Made by a program: the position numbers and the translations under genes. From positions 1,550,001 through 1,614,000 of the forward strand of contig OZ024763.1 of the NCBI GenBank assembly GCA_964016885.1: a stretch of 64,000 nucleotides of DNA, written 5' to 3'. Shown piece by piece: positions 39,501 to 51,554 of the stretch (position 1 is its first letter; each line of letters begins with the position of its first letter). Source of the DNA: Eledone cirrhosa. Lineage: Eukaryota. Below the pieces are notes generated by a model. It did no database searches. It was given only the letters and a program-made list of their open reading frames with translations, and was not told the DNA's origin.

Positions 39501-40748
39501 TGGCAGGGTAGGGTGAGGTGGGCCTATGGCAGGGCAGGGTGAGGTGGGCCTATGGCAGGGCAGGGAGAGGTGGGCCTATGGCAGGGCAGGGAGAGGTGGG
39601 CCTATGGCAGGGCAGGGAGAGGTGGGCCTATGGCAGGGCAGGGAGAGGTGGGCCTATGGCAGGGCAGGGAGAGGTGGGCCTATGGCAGGGCAGGGTGAGG
39701 TGGGCCTATGGCAGGGCAGGGAGAGGTGGGCCTATGGCAGGGCAGGGTGAGGTGGGCCTATGGCAGGGCAGGGTGAGGTGGGCCTATGGCAGGGCAGGGA
39801 GAGGTGGGCCTATGGCAGGGCAGGGTGAGGTGGGCCTATGGCAGGGCAGGGTGAGGTGGGCCTATGGCAGGGCAGGGTGAGGTGGGACTATGGCAGGGCA
39901 GGGTGAGGTGGGCCTATGGCAGGGCAAGGTGAGGTGGGCCTATGGCAGGGCAGGGAGAGGTGGGCCTATGGCAGGGCAGGGAGAGGTGGGCCTATGGCAG
40001 GGCAGGGAGAGGTGGGACTATGGCAGGGCAGGGTGAGGTGGGACTATGGCAGGGCAGGGTGAGGTGGGCCTATGGCAGGGCAGGGTGAGGTGGGCCTATG
40101 GCAGGGCAGGGTGAGGTGGGCCTATGGCAGGGCAGGGTGAGGTGGGACTATGGCAGGGCAGGGAGAGGTGGGACTATGGCAGGGCAGGGTGAGGTGGGCC
40201 TATGGCAGGGCAGGGTGAGGTGGGACTATGGCAGGGCAGGGAGAGGTGGGACTATGGCAGGGCAGGGTGAGGTGGGCCTATGGCAGGGCAGGGTGAGGTG
40301 GGACTATGGCAGGGCAGGGTGAGGTGGGCCTATGGCAGGGCAGGGTGAGGTGGGACTATGGCAGGGCAGGGAGAGGTGGGCCTATGGCAGGGCAGGGAGA
40401 GGTGGGCCTATGGCAGGGTAGGGTGAGGTGGGCCTATGGCAGGGCAGGGAGAGGTGGGACTATGGCAGGGCAGGGTGAGGTGGGCCTATGGCAGGGCAGG
40501 GTGAGGTGGGACTATGGCAGGGCAGGGAGAGGTGGGACTATGGCAGGGCAGGGTGAGGTGGGCCTATGGCAGGGCAGGGTGAGGTGGGCCTATGGCAGGG
40601 CAGGGTGAGGTGGGCCTATGGCAGGGCAGGGTGAGGTGGGACTATGGCAGGGCAGGGAGAGGTGGGCCTATGGCAGGGCAGGGTGAGGTGGGCCTATGGC
40701 AGGGCAGGGTGAGGTGGGACTATGGCAGGGCAGGGTGAGGTGGGCCTG
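39501..40748. repeat. 26-bp G-rich minisatellite, about 48 copies
   Basis: Unit ggcagggcaggg(t/a)gaggtggg(c/a)ctat. Confidence 0.95.
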
Positions 40749-40881
40749 GGTGTCGGTCAAATAACGCAGCAGGATGGAATGGGGTGAGATTGTGGTGGTG
40801 GTGGTGGTTGCACTATGAAATGCAAATAACGCTAGTGGTGGTGGTGGTGGTGTGGAGGAGGAAGTGTTAGCTTCACTGTGA

Positions 40882-41635
40882 AATGATGATGATGACAATG
40901 ATGATGATGATGATAATGATGATGATGATGATAATGATGACAATGATGATGATGATGATAATGATGATGATGATGATAATGATGACAATGATGATGATGA
41001 TGATAATGATGACAATGATGATGATATAAAAGCCAGGGACAATGAGGGTGATGATGATGACAATGCTAAAGATAATGATTACAGCAAAGACTATGATGAT
41101 GATGATGATGATAGTAACAGCAATGATAAATGATGATGATGATGATGATGATGATAGTAACAGCAATGATAAATGATGATGATGATGATGATGATAGTAA
41201 CAGCAATGATAAATGATGATGATGATGATGATGATAGTAACAGCAATGATAAATGATGATGATGATGATGATGATAGTAACAGCAATGATAAATGATGAT
41301 GATGATGATGATGATAGTAACAGCAATGATAAATGATGATGATGATGATGATGATAGTAACAGCAATGATAAATGATGATGATGATGATGATGATAGTAA
41401 CAGCAATGATAAATGATGATGATGATGATGATGATAGTAACAGCAATGATAAATGATGATGATGATGATGATGATAGTAACAGCAATGATAAATGATGAT
41501 GATGATGATGATGATAGTAACAGCAATGATAAATGATGATGATGATGATGATGATGATAGTAACAGCAATGATAAATGATGATGATGATGATGATGATAG
41601 TAACAGCAATGATAAATGATGATGATGATGATGGT
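40882..41635. repeat. (GAT)n tract plus 39-bp minisatellite
   Basis: agtaacagcaatgataaat(gat)n units from 41093. Confidence 0.92.
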
Positions 41636-41764
41636 TAATGATCATTTGTTAACTACCCACCCCCATCCCCACCCTTCCACTCCAATTAAACAAACAATAA
41701 TAATATAAAAAACATGTTTTGAAAGCCTACCAACTGATAAATGATATAGATGGAAGATTAATTA

Positions 41765-42385
41765 CTGGTGGTGGTGGTGGGGGTACTGGTGGCGATGGTG
41801 TTGTTAGGGGGTGGGGGTCACCTCTAATTACATGGTGGTGGTGGGGGTACTGGTGGCGATGGTGTTGTTAGGGGGTGGGGGTCACCTCTAATTACATGGT
41901 GGGGGTACTGGTGGCGATGGTGTTGTTAGGGGGTGGGGGTCACCTCTAATTACATGGTGGTGGTGGGGGTACTGGTGGCGATGGTGGTGTTGAGGGCTGG
42001 GTCACCTCATATTACATGGTGTTGTTGGGGGCGGGGCCACATCATATTAGATGGTGGTGGTGGGGGTACTGGTGGTGATGGTGGCGATGGTGTTGTTGAG
42101 GGCTGGGTCACCTCATATTACATGGTGTTGTTGGGGGCGGGGTCACATCATATTACATGGTGGTGATGGGGGTACTGGTGGCGATGATGGTGTTGTTGGG
42201 GGCACGGGGTCAACACATGTTACATGGTGGTGGGGGTACTGGTGAAGGCGTTGGTGTTGTCGAGGGTGGGGTCACCTCATATTACATGATAGTGGTGGTG
42301 TCCAGCAACACCATATATTACATGGCGGTGGTGATGGTACTGGTGGCGGTGTTGGTGTTGTCGGGTGGGTGGGTGGGGGTGGTGT
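41765..42385. repeat. Diverged G-rich repeat of about 60-70 bp
   Basis: ggggtactggtggcgatggtg and gtcacctc...ttacatggtg recur. Confidence 0.8.
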
Positions 42386-42482
42386 ATATTTCTAACATTG
42401 TCACAAGACCAACAATCTTGGGGAAGGAGAAAGTCAATTATTTAACTGGTACTTTATTTTATAGACCCCTGGACCATCGAAC

Positions 42483-42850
42483 TGGAGGTGTGTGGCCCAG
42501 TGGTAAGGGTGTTGGACTTATAATCTTAATGTCATGGGTTTCATTCCTGGACTAGGTTGTGTGTTGTCTTCTTGAGCAAAACATTTTACTTCATGTTGCT
42601 CCAGTATACTCAGCTGAAAATGAGTACCAGTAATAGCTGGGGGTTTAACACTGTGATGGACTGGTGTCATGTCTGGGGGAGAGTCTTGTACTCTCAGTTG
42701 CTTCACACCTTGAAACTGGGATAAGCACCGGCCTAAAACGAGCCTTCTGGCTTAAGAGAGACTTTAACCCTGTGATGGACTGGTGTCCTGTCCAGGGGGA
42801 AATCTTATACTTTGTCGCTTCACACCATGAAACTGGGATAAGCATCGGCC
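42483..42850 (+). mobile_element. CORE-like tRNA SINE variant with a duplicated tail
   Basis: tggcccagtggtaag head and tcttgagcaaaacatttta; ctgtgatggactgg...gaaactgggataagca occurs twice. Confidence 0.65.
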
Positions 42851-43710
42851 TAATCCTTTACAATTTACATTACTATATATGGGGTCGATAAAATAAAGAA
42901 CCAGTAATGCACTGGGTAATTGCTGGCCTTGTGCCTAAAGTAGAAACAATTACTATATATGCTATTATATTTTCATGGTGAAAGCTTTACCTCACATAAT
43001 TATCTCGCATAATATTGAATCTATGAGATTTTGATATTATTAATTTTGAAAACAATACCTTAACATAAGTATGAACAGCTGGTTACTGCCGGTTTGAACA
43101 GAAAGAGGTGAGAGAATTCTGGCCAGATATGGCCAGTTTAAATGCCAAAGGGTTAACATAAGTATAAGCAGCTTGTTACAGCCAGTTTGAACAGAAAGAG
43201 GTGAGAGAATTCAGGCCAGATATGGCCGGTTTAAATGCTAAAGGGTTAACATAAATATAAGCAGCTTGTTACAGCCAGTTTGAACAGAAAGAGGTGAGAG
43301 AATTCTGGCCAGATATGGCCAGTTTAAATGCCAAAGGGTTAACATAAGTATAAGCGGCTTGTTACAGCCAGTTTGAACAGAAAGAGGTGAGAGAATTCTG
43401 GCTGGATATGGCCAGTTTAAATGCCAAAGGGTTAACATAAGTATAAGCAGCTTGTTACAGCCAGTTTGAACAGAAAGAGGTGAGAGGATTCTGGCTGGAT
43501 ATGGCCAGTTTAAATGCCAAAGGGTTAACATAAGTATAAGCAGCTTGTTACAACCAGTTTGAACAGAAAGAGGTGAGAGGATTCTGGCTGGATATGGCCA
43601 GTTTAAATGCCAAAGGGTTAACATAAGTATAAGCAGCTTGTTACAACCAGTTTGAACAGAAAGAGGTGAGAGGATTCTGGCTGGATATGGCCAGTTTAAA
43701 TGCCAAAGGG
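42851..43710. repeat. piggyBac-like MITE whose terminal 93 bp is repeated 7 times (43060-43710), with a nested SINE tail (42882-42950)
   Basis: Each unit runs from TTAA to aaatgc(c/t)aaaggg; the SINE tail is flanked by attactatatatg. Confidence 0.9.
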
Positions 43711-44359
43711 TTAAGGCAGACTTTAGGACCCTGGAAGGATAAAAGGCAAAGTTGACCTTGGCAAGATTTGAAATCAGGACATAGTGTTAAAATCATTATA
43801 GAAAGTAATAGCTAAATTCTATAAAACATCTTATCTGACTCTTCATCAATACTGCCAATCCAATCCACTTCACTTCCATCCAATCCATAACAAGACCACC
43901 ACCACCAACACCAGCAATATGCTGCTGTTCTTTGTGATTCACTACGCGTCACTGTGTATACACAACTACATACACGGAAGTATGGTCTCTAATAAATATT
44001 ACTTAAGAGATCTGAGAGTGACATGAACATCCTTAGGTGTTCGGTTATAACACGTCTGTGTATATACTGTGCGTATGTGTGTGTTTGTGTGTGTACATGT
44101 CTGTGTATGTATGTATGTGTGTTTGTATGTGTAAGTGTATATATATATATGCATGTGTATAAATGTGAATGTTTATATATATATATACATATACACACAC
44201 ACATACATATATATATAATCATTGTTTTAACACTTGCTTTCCCTGCTGGCATATATATATATGTATGTATATATATATATATATGTGTATATAAGGGGAA
44301 GGAGAAAGTGTGGGCTATCTAGAAAGTATGTGTATATGTATGTCTATGAATGTATAAAT

Positions 44360-44518
44360 GTATATAGGTGTCTATATATATATATAGGTGTCTATATATA
44401 TATAGGTGTCTATATATATATAGGTGTCTATATATATATATATAGGTGTCTATATATAGGTGTCTATGTAAATATATATAGGTGTCTATATAAATATATA
44501 TAGGTGTCTATATATATA

Positions 44519-44586
<68 letters not shown>

Positions 44587-44928
44587 TGTCTATATATATA
44601 TATATGTGTCTATATATATATATATATAGGTGTCTATATATATATAGGTGTCTATATATATATATAGGTGTCTATATATATATATATATATAGGTGTCTA
44701 TAGGTGTCTATATATATATATAGGTGTCTATATATATATAGGTGTCTATATATATAGGTGTCTATATATATATATATATAGGTGTCTATATATATATATA
44801 GGTGTCTATATATATATATATATATATATAGGTGTCTATATATATATATATATAGGTGTCTATATATATATATATATATAGGTGTCTATAGGTGTCTATA
44901 TATATATATAGGTGTCTATATATATATA
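44360..44928. repeat. GGTGTC(TA)n minisatellite
   Basis: Seen directly. Confidence 0.9.
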
Positions 44929-45044
44929 GTAAAGTATGTGACTTTGATAAAGACAATAGCATCTCCTGTCAAAACCATCCAACAGTGGAGGGAATCTTCT
45001 ATCAAAGAACAATGGTAACAATAACAATCAATATACAAGTCTCA

Positions 45045-45076
45045 CCTCTCTCTCTCTCTCACTCTCTCTCTATATA

Positions 45077-45135
<59 letters not shown>

Positions 45136-45311
45136 TTCTCTCTCCATATCTCACTTTTTCTTTCTCTCCCTTCCTCTCTTTCTTTCTGTCTTCCTTCCTC
45201 TCTCCCTTCCTCTCTTTCTTTCTTTCACCACCCTTTCTTTCTTTCCCCCTTTCTTTCTTATTTTCTCTTTTTTCTCTCCCCCTCTTTCCTCCTTTCATTC
45301 TTTTAACTTTA

Positions 45312-45390
<79 letters not shown>

Positions 45391-45590
45391 CTTTCTTCCT
45401 TTCTTTCTCCCGCCCTCTTGGTCTCTTTCCTTCTTTCCTTGCTCCTTTCTCTCTATTTTCTTTTTTCTACCATTCTTTTCTTCCTTCCTCTACTTCGTTC
45501 CCAGAGTAAGAAACAAATGTGAACGTGTGTGTGTGTGTGTGTATGGGTGTGTGTGTGTGAATGTGTGTATGGGTGTGTGTGTGTGTGTAG
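45045..45590. repeat. CT/TA/TG microsatellites and polypyrimidine tract
   Basis: Seen directly. Confidence 0.88.
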
Positions 45591-45902
45591 GGAGTGGGGA
45601 GAGCAGAAAACTCCAGATACTTATAAAATCTGTTCGGATCCTTACTTTTATCAAATGCAGTGGAATTATTTATATTAGTGGAACAAGTCACAAGGGTGTG
45701 ACAAAAGTTAGTCAAACCAGACAATTGTACGATAAGGAAATAAACTAAAGTGATGTAATAATAGACTTGTGACTTATTAAATGGTTACACTAACTTTTCC
45801 ACTATATGTGTAGGGTGTATGTATTGTTTTATAGTATATTTATATATAATATATACTAAAGAAAGGCAGGTGTGTGTGTGTTATTTTTTAACATTTTTTT
45901 AA

Positions 45903-46020
45903 ATGAGTTCAAATCCCGCCGAGGTTAACTTTGCCTTTCATCCTTATGGGGTCGATAAAATAAAGTACCAGTAATGTACTGGGTAATTGCTGGCCTTGTG
46001 CCAAAAGTAGAAACAGTTAT
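45903..46020 (+). mobile_element. 5'-truncated SINE family 1
   Basis: Starts at the B box; flanked by atttttttt(t)aaat-like repeats. Confidence 0.85.
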
Positions 46021-46273
46021 TTTTTTAAATTATATATATATCATCATCATCATCACTGTTTTACGTCCATTCTTCCATGCTAGCATGGTTTAGACAGGTT
46101 GTCACTGTTATATATTTGAAAAAAAGGAAAATAATGACTTCACTTGCAGTTTGTATTCTATAACAATTAAATTTTTAAATTTTACAATTTTATACAATTT
46201 TATAATATTGCTATGTAGATCTAAGTTCCTTGTTAACTTTGGGGGAAAATTAAAAAAAAAAAGTCCTATTTAA

Positions 46274-46499
46274 CCCTTTAGCATTTAAACCGGCAATATC
46301 CATCTATAATAGTCATAACCACTTTCTGTCTATAATGGTCATAACCAGCAACTCATACTGACATTAAGGTATTATTCTCAAAATAAATAATAAATAATAT
46401 AATTTCATAGATTCGATATTATGTGAGATGATTATGTGAGGTAAAGTCTTTAAAGTGAAAATACAATAGTATATATAAAGTAATGTAAATGCTAAAGGG
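46274..46499. mobile_element. Complete piggyBac-like MITE
   Basis: TTAA-ccctttagcattta ... taaatgctaaaggg-TTAA. Confidence 0.88.
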
Positions 46500-47003
46500 T
46501 TAACTTTCTGGAGAACTTTCTCGCATTCGTTGGTAGTGATTGTCAAGCCAATCTAAAGTTATAATGTGTTGGCATATATATTAAGAATATGGGTGTGTGT
46601 CTGGGGATGGGTTTATTAGTTATAATTTTACAATACATTTAAACAATATATATAGGAAAATATTCCAATAATATCATTTGTAAAATTGTACTCTCTGAAC
46701 TAAAAGTTTGTTGAGCTATTTTATTGAAAAACACAATCGCTTTATATTTTATATGTATCGATTAAATTTAAATATATTTATATGTATGCAAATAAGCAAG
46801 TAGGATCATCAAATACATAAATCTGAACATAGATATACCTAGAACAAACAAAGTATTTATTGAATGCCCTGTACTAAAATAATATGCTCAGAAAAAAGAG
46901 CCAACAAAAAAATAAGACATTTTATAGGTTAGACCCTTGGATTCTAAACTTGTAAATAATACATTCATAAAAGCAAAGCCAATCATTAACTATATATATA
47001 TAT

Positions 47004-47296
47004 ATATTATTCAAAATATTAATAAATGAAAAATATTCTCATAATCAAAATATATATTTTATTATACATATTTCAAAGGTACAATGGTGTTTAAGTACGT
47101 TTTCATCAGATATAAATAAATCACTGCCACTATTGGAATTGAATAATCAAAACCATAGCGGTATGTTGCATATCAAATCTTATATTTTATCTGATGAAAA
47201 CGTACTTAAACACCATTGTACCTTGGAAATATGTATAATAGAATATATATTTTGATTATGAGAATATTTTTGATTTATTAATATTTTGAATAATAT
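47004..47296. repeat. 109-bp inverted repeat with a 75-bp spacer
   Basis: Arms 47004-47112 and 47188-47296, about 3 mismatches. Confidence 0.92.
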
Positions 47297-47384
47297 TAAA
47301 TACTCCAGGAAAATTTTCTGTCGAGTGCTTTTAATTTATTTTAAAATTGTATTCGTTGAACAAATGAACCATATTAATCTTTGG

Positions 47385-47419
<35 letters not shown>

Positions 47420-47594
47420 AAAATTGTATTCGTATATATATATATATATATACGTATATATATATATTCGTATATATATATATTTTAAAATTGTATTCGT
47501 TGAACAAACGAACCATATTAATCTTTGGTTATATATATATATATATATTTGTTCCTATTTGTTGCTGTGCCGGTAAGCATGGGCGGGGGGGGGG

Positions 47595-47735
47595 GGGTGA
47601 GAACAGACCTCAGATCATTGAAGCTCACGGTGGAGATGACGAAGGACCGTGACGAGTGGAGAGATGCTGTGCTGAATAAGACCCGTCCCACCCTTGCAAG
47701 CAGGGAAAAGCGGACGTAAAATGATGATGATGATA
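47595..47735 (+). mobile_element. RTE LINE 3' end
   Basis: VRTDLRSLKLTVEMTKDRDEWRDAV plus gcttgcaagc-like stem (ccttgcaagc) and (GAT)n tail. Confidence 0.75.
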
Positions 47736-47761
47736 TATATATATATAAATCTTATACATAA

Positions 47762-47949
47762 ATAATTGTTTCTACTTTTGACACAAGGCCAGCAATTACA
47801 CAGTGCATTACTGGTACTTTATTTTATCGACCCCGTAAGGATGAAAGACAAAGTTAACCTTGGCGGGATTTGAACTCAGATCATAAAGGGACGTAACTAT
47901 GCTGCAAAGCATGGCGTCCGACCCTCTACCTATACTGCCAATCCACCAC
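47762..47949 (-). mobile_element. Full-length SINE family 1
   Basis: Reverse-complement copy flanked by acataaataat. Confidence 0.88.
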
Positions 47950-48302
47950 ATAAATAATATATGAAGGTTAGATTTCATAACTTATTTTAGACTTTGTGTT
48001 GTATTATCTATGTATTTAACTCAATCTTGTATTACCCATGCAATATGATATCAAATTTGGTAGATTACACATGGTGTTGAATGCTTTCTCTTTATTACAC
48101 CTTGTTTAAGCTGATTGTTGTGATAGAATCACAGGCTCGGCTACCTATTAGGAAACACCCTGTAGTACAAGTATTTATCTTACATGTATGTATGTGTGTG
48201 TCTAAACCCATGCAAGCATGGAACACGGACGTTAAACGTTGATGATGATGATGATATATATATATATATATTGTGTGGGCGAGAAAAACATACATATCTG
48301 AA

Positions 48303-48434
48303 TAAACACACACATATATATATATATATATAAACAAATATACATATATATAAACACATACATTTATACACTCAATGTGTGTATGTGTGGGTATGTCTAT
48401 ATGGGGTGTATAAATCTCGATACTTATGCCCTAA

Positions 48435-48465
<31 letters not shown>

Positions 48466-48576
48466 AACAAATATACATATATATATACATAAACACATAT
48501 ACATTTATACACTCAATGTGTGTATGTGTGGGTATGTCTATATGGGGGTGTATAAATCTCGATACTTATGCCCTAA

Positions 48577-48630
<54 letters not shown>

Positions 48631-48768
48631 AAATATACATATATATATATATATAAACAAATATACATATATATATATATACATAAACACATATACATTG
48701 ATACACTCAATGTGTGTATGTGTGGGTATGTCTATATGGGGGTGTATAAATCTCGATACTTATGCCCT
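48303..48768. repeat. Three tandem copies of a roughly 130-200 bp microsatellite-containing unit
   Basis: ctcaatgtgtgtatgtgtgggtatgtctatatgggg...tacttatgccct occurs three times. Confidence 0.85.
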
Positions 48769-49257
48769 CACTGGTAAACTGGCAAACCCAAAATACTGTG
48801 TACCCCTGAGGTGTTGACATGACTGTGTTCACAAACCCCAAAGCCATGATGGGTAGATGGATACTGAGTTAATATCATGTAAGGGTAAGCTAGGATTTAT
48901 TGCAATTCTTAATATTAATTCTTTATCAAATCATGTATTGCTCCTGGCTAGATACAATATTTCACAATACAAGTTGCCTCTGGATGCACTGGTATCGACA
49001 TGTAAGAATAATTTTATGTTCATGTATTGGTTACTTCCTTCTTTATACTCTAGTTTCTATATATATTCGTTTTAGTTTTAGGCAAAAGGCCAGCAAATTT
49101 TGGGGAAAGGGAAAGCTGTCCTCAGTGGGATTTGAACTCAGAACATAAAGAGCTTTATATGAACTTAATATTGATGTTTTAGTTTTAGGCACAAGGTCAG
49201 CAAATCGGGGAAGGGATAAGTTGACCTCAGAACGTAAAGAGCTTTATATGAACATAG

Positions 49258-51229
49258 CCCATTTACATTACTCTATATATACTATTGTATTTTCACAGTA
49301 AAGTCTTTACCTCACATAATATCTCACATAACATTTACATTACTCTATATATACTATTGTATTTTCGCAGTAAAGGCTTTACCTTACATAATATCTCACA
49401 AAACATTTACATCACTCTATATATACTATTGTATTTTCGCAGTAAAGGCTTTACCTTACATAATATATCACATAACATTTACATTACTCTATATATACTA
49501 TTGTATTTTTGTGGTAAAGGCTTTACCTCACATAATATCTCACATAACATTCACATTACTCTATATATACTATTGTATTTTTGTGGTAAAGGCTTTACCT
49601 CACATAATATCTCACATAACATTTACATTACTCTATATATACTATTGTATTTTCACAGTAAAGACTTTACCTCACATAATATCTCACATAACATTTACAT
49701 TACTCTATATATACTATTGTATTTTCACAGTAAAGGCTTTACCTCACATAATATCTCACATAACATTTACATTACTCTATATATACTATTGTATTTTCAC
49801 AGTAAAGGCTTTACCTCACATAATATCTCACATAACATTTACATTACTTTATATATACTATTGTATTTTCACAGTAAAGGCTTTACCTCACATAATATCT
49901 CACATAACATTTACATTACTCTATATATACTATTGTATTTTCACAGTAAAGGCTTTACCTCACATAATATCTCACATAACCTTTACATTACTCTATATAT
50001 ACTATTGTATTTTCACAGTAAAGGCTTTACCTCACATAATATCTCGCATAACATTTACGTTACTCTATATATACTATTGTATTTTCACAGTAAAGGCTTT
50101 ACCTCACATAACATTTACATTACTCTATATATACTATTGTATTGTCACAGTAAAGGCTTTACCTCACATAATATCTCGCATAACATTTACGTTACTCTAT
50201 ATATACTATTGTATTTTCACAGTAAAGACTTTACCTCACATAATATCTCACATAACATTTACATTACTCTATATATACTATTGTATTTTCACAGTAAAGG
50301 CTTTACCTTACATAATATCTCACATAACATTTACATTACTCTATATATACTATTGTATTTTCACAGTAAAGTCTTTACCTCACATAATATCTCACAAAAC
50401 ATTTACATTACTCTATATATACTATTGTATTTTCACAGTAAAGGCTTTACCTCACATAATATCTCACATAACATTTACATTACTCTATATATACTATTGT
50501 ATTTTCACAGTAAAGGCTTTACCTCACATACCATTTACATTACTCTATATATACTATTGTATTTTCACAGTAAAGTCTTTACCTCACATAATATATCACA
50601 TAACATTTACATTACTCTATATATACTATTGTATTGTCACAGTAAAGGCTTTACCTCACATCTTTCACATAACATTTACATTACTCTATATATACTATTG
50701 TATTTTTATGGTAAAGGCTTTACCTCACATATCTCGCATAACATTCACATTACTCTATATATACTATTGTATTTTCGCAGTAAAGGCTTTACCTCACATA
50801 ATATCTCACATAACATTTACATTACTCTATATATACTATTGTATTTTCGCAGTAAAGGCTTTACCTCACATAATATCTCACATAACATTTACATTACTCT
50901 ATATACACTATTGTATTTTCACAGTAAAGGCTTTACTTCACATAATATCTCACATATTTACATTACTCTATATATACTATTGTATTTTCACAGTAAAGGC
51001 TTTACCTCACATAATATCTCACATAACATTTACATTACTCTATATACACTATTGTATTTTCACAGTAAAGGCTTTACCTCACATAATACCTCACATAATA
51101 TCGAGTCTATGAGATTTTGATGTTATTTATTTTGAGAACAATGCCCCAACATAAGTATGAGCAGACAGTTATGGCCAGAAAGATGGGAGAGAATTCTGGT
51201 CGGATATGGCTGGTTTAAATGCTAAAGGC
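49258..51229. repeat. 72-bp tandem array (about 26 copies) inside a piggyBac-like MITE
   Basis: Same unit as 17430-18030; the MITE end aaatgctaaaggc-TTAA is at 51229. Confidence 0.93.
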
Positions 51230-51397
51230 TTAATGTTGATGTATATATGTGTGTATATATGTGTGTGTATATATATATGTGTATATATATATGTATGTAT
51301 ATATATATGGGTGTGTATGTATATATGTGTGTGTGTATATATATATATGTATATATATATGTGTGTGTGTGTGTGTGTATATATATATCAATGATAT

Positions 51398-51515
51398 TAA
51401 ATCCCGCCGAGGTTAACTTTGCCTTTCATCCTTACGGGGTCGATAAAATAAAGTACCAGTAATGCACTGGGTAATTGCTGGCCTTGTGCCAAAATGCCAA
51501 AAGTAGAAACAATTA
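51398..51515 (+). mobile_element. 5'-truncated SINE family 1
   Basis: Central domain and tail. Confidence 0.85.
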
Positions 51516-51554
51516 ATGTGTGATACATAAATAAACGTGTATGTGTGTGTAAAT

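Noticed and set aside
49285-51120. 611-aa and 533-aa ORFs
   Set aside because: Translations of the 72-bp MITE-derived satellite.
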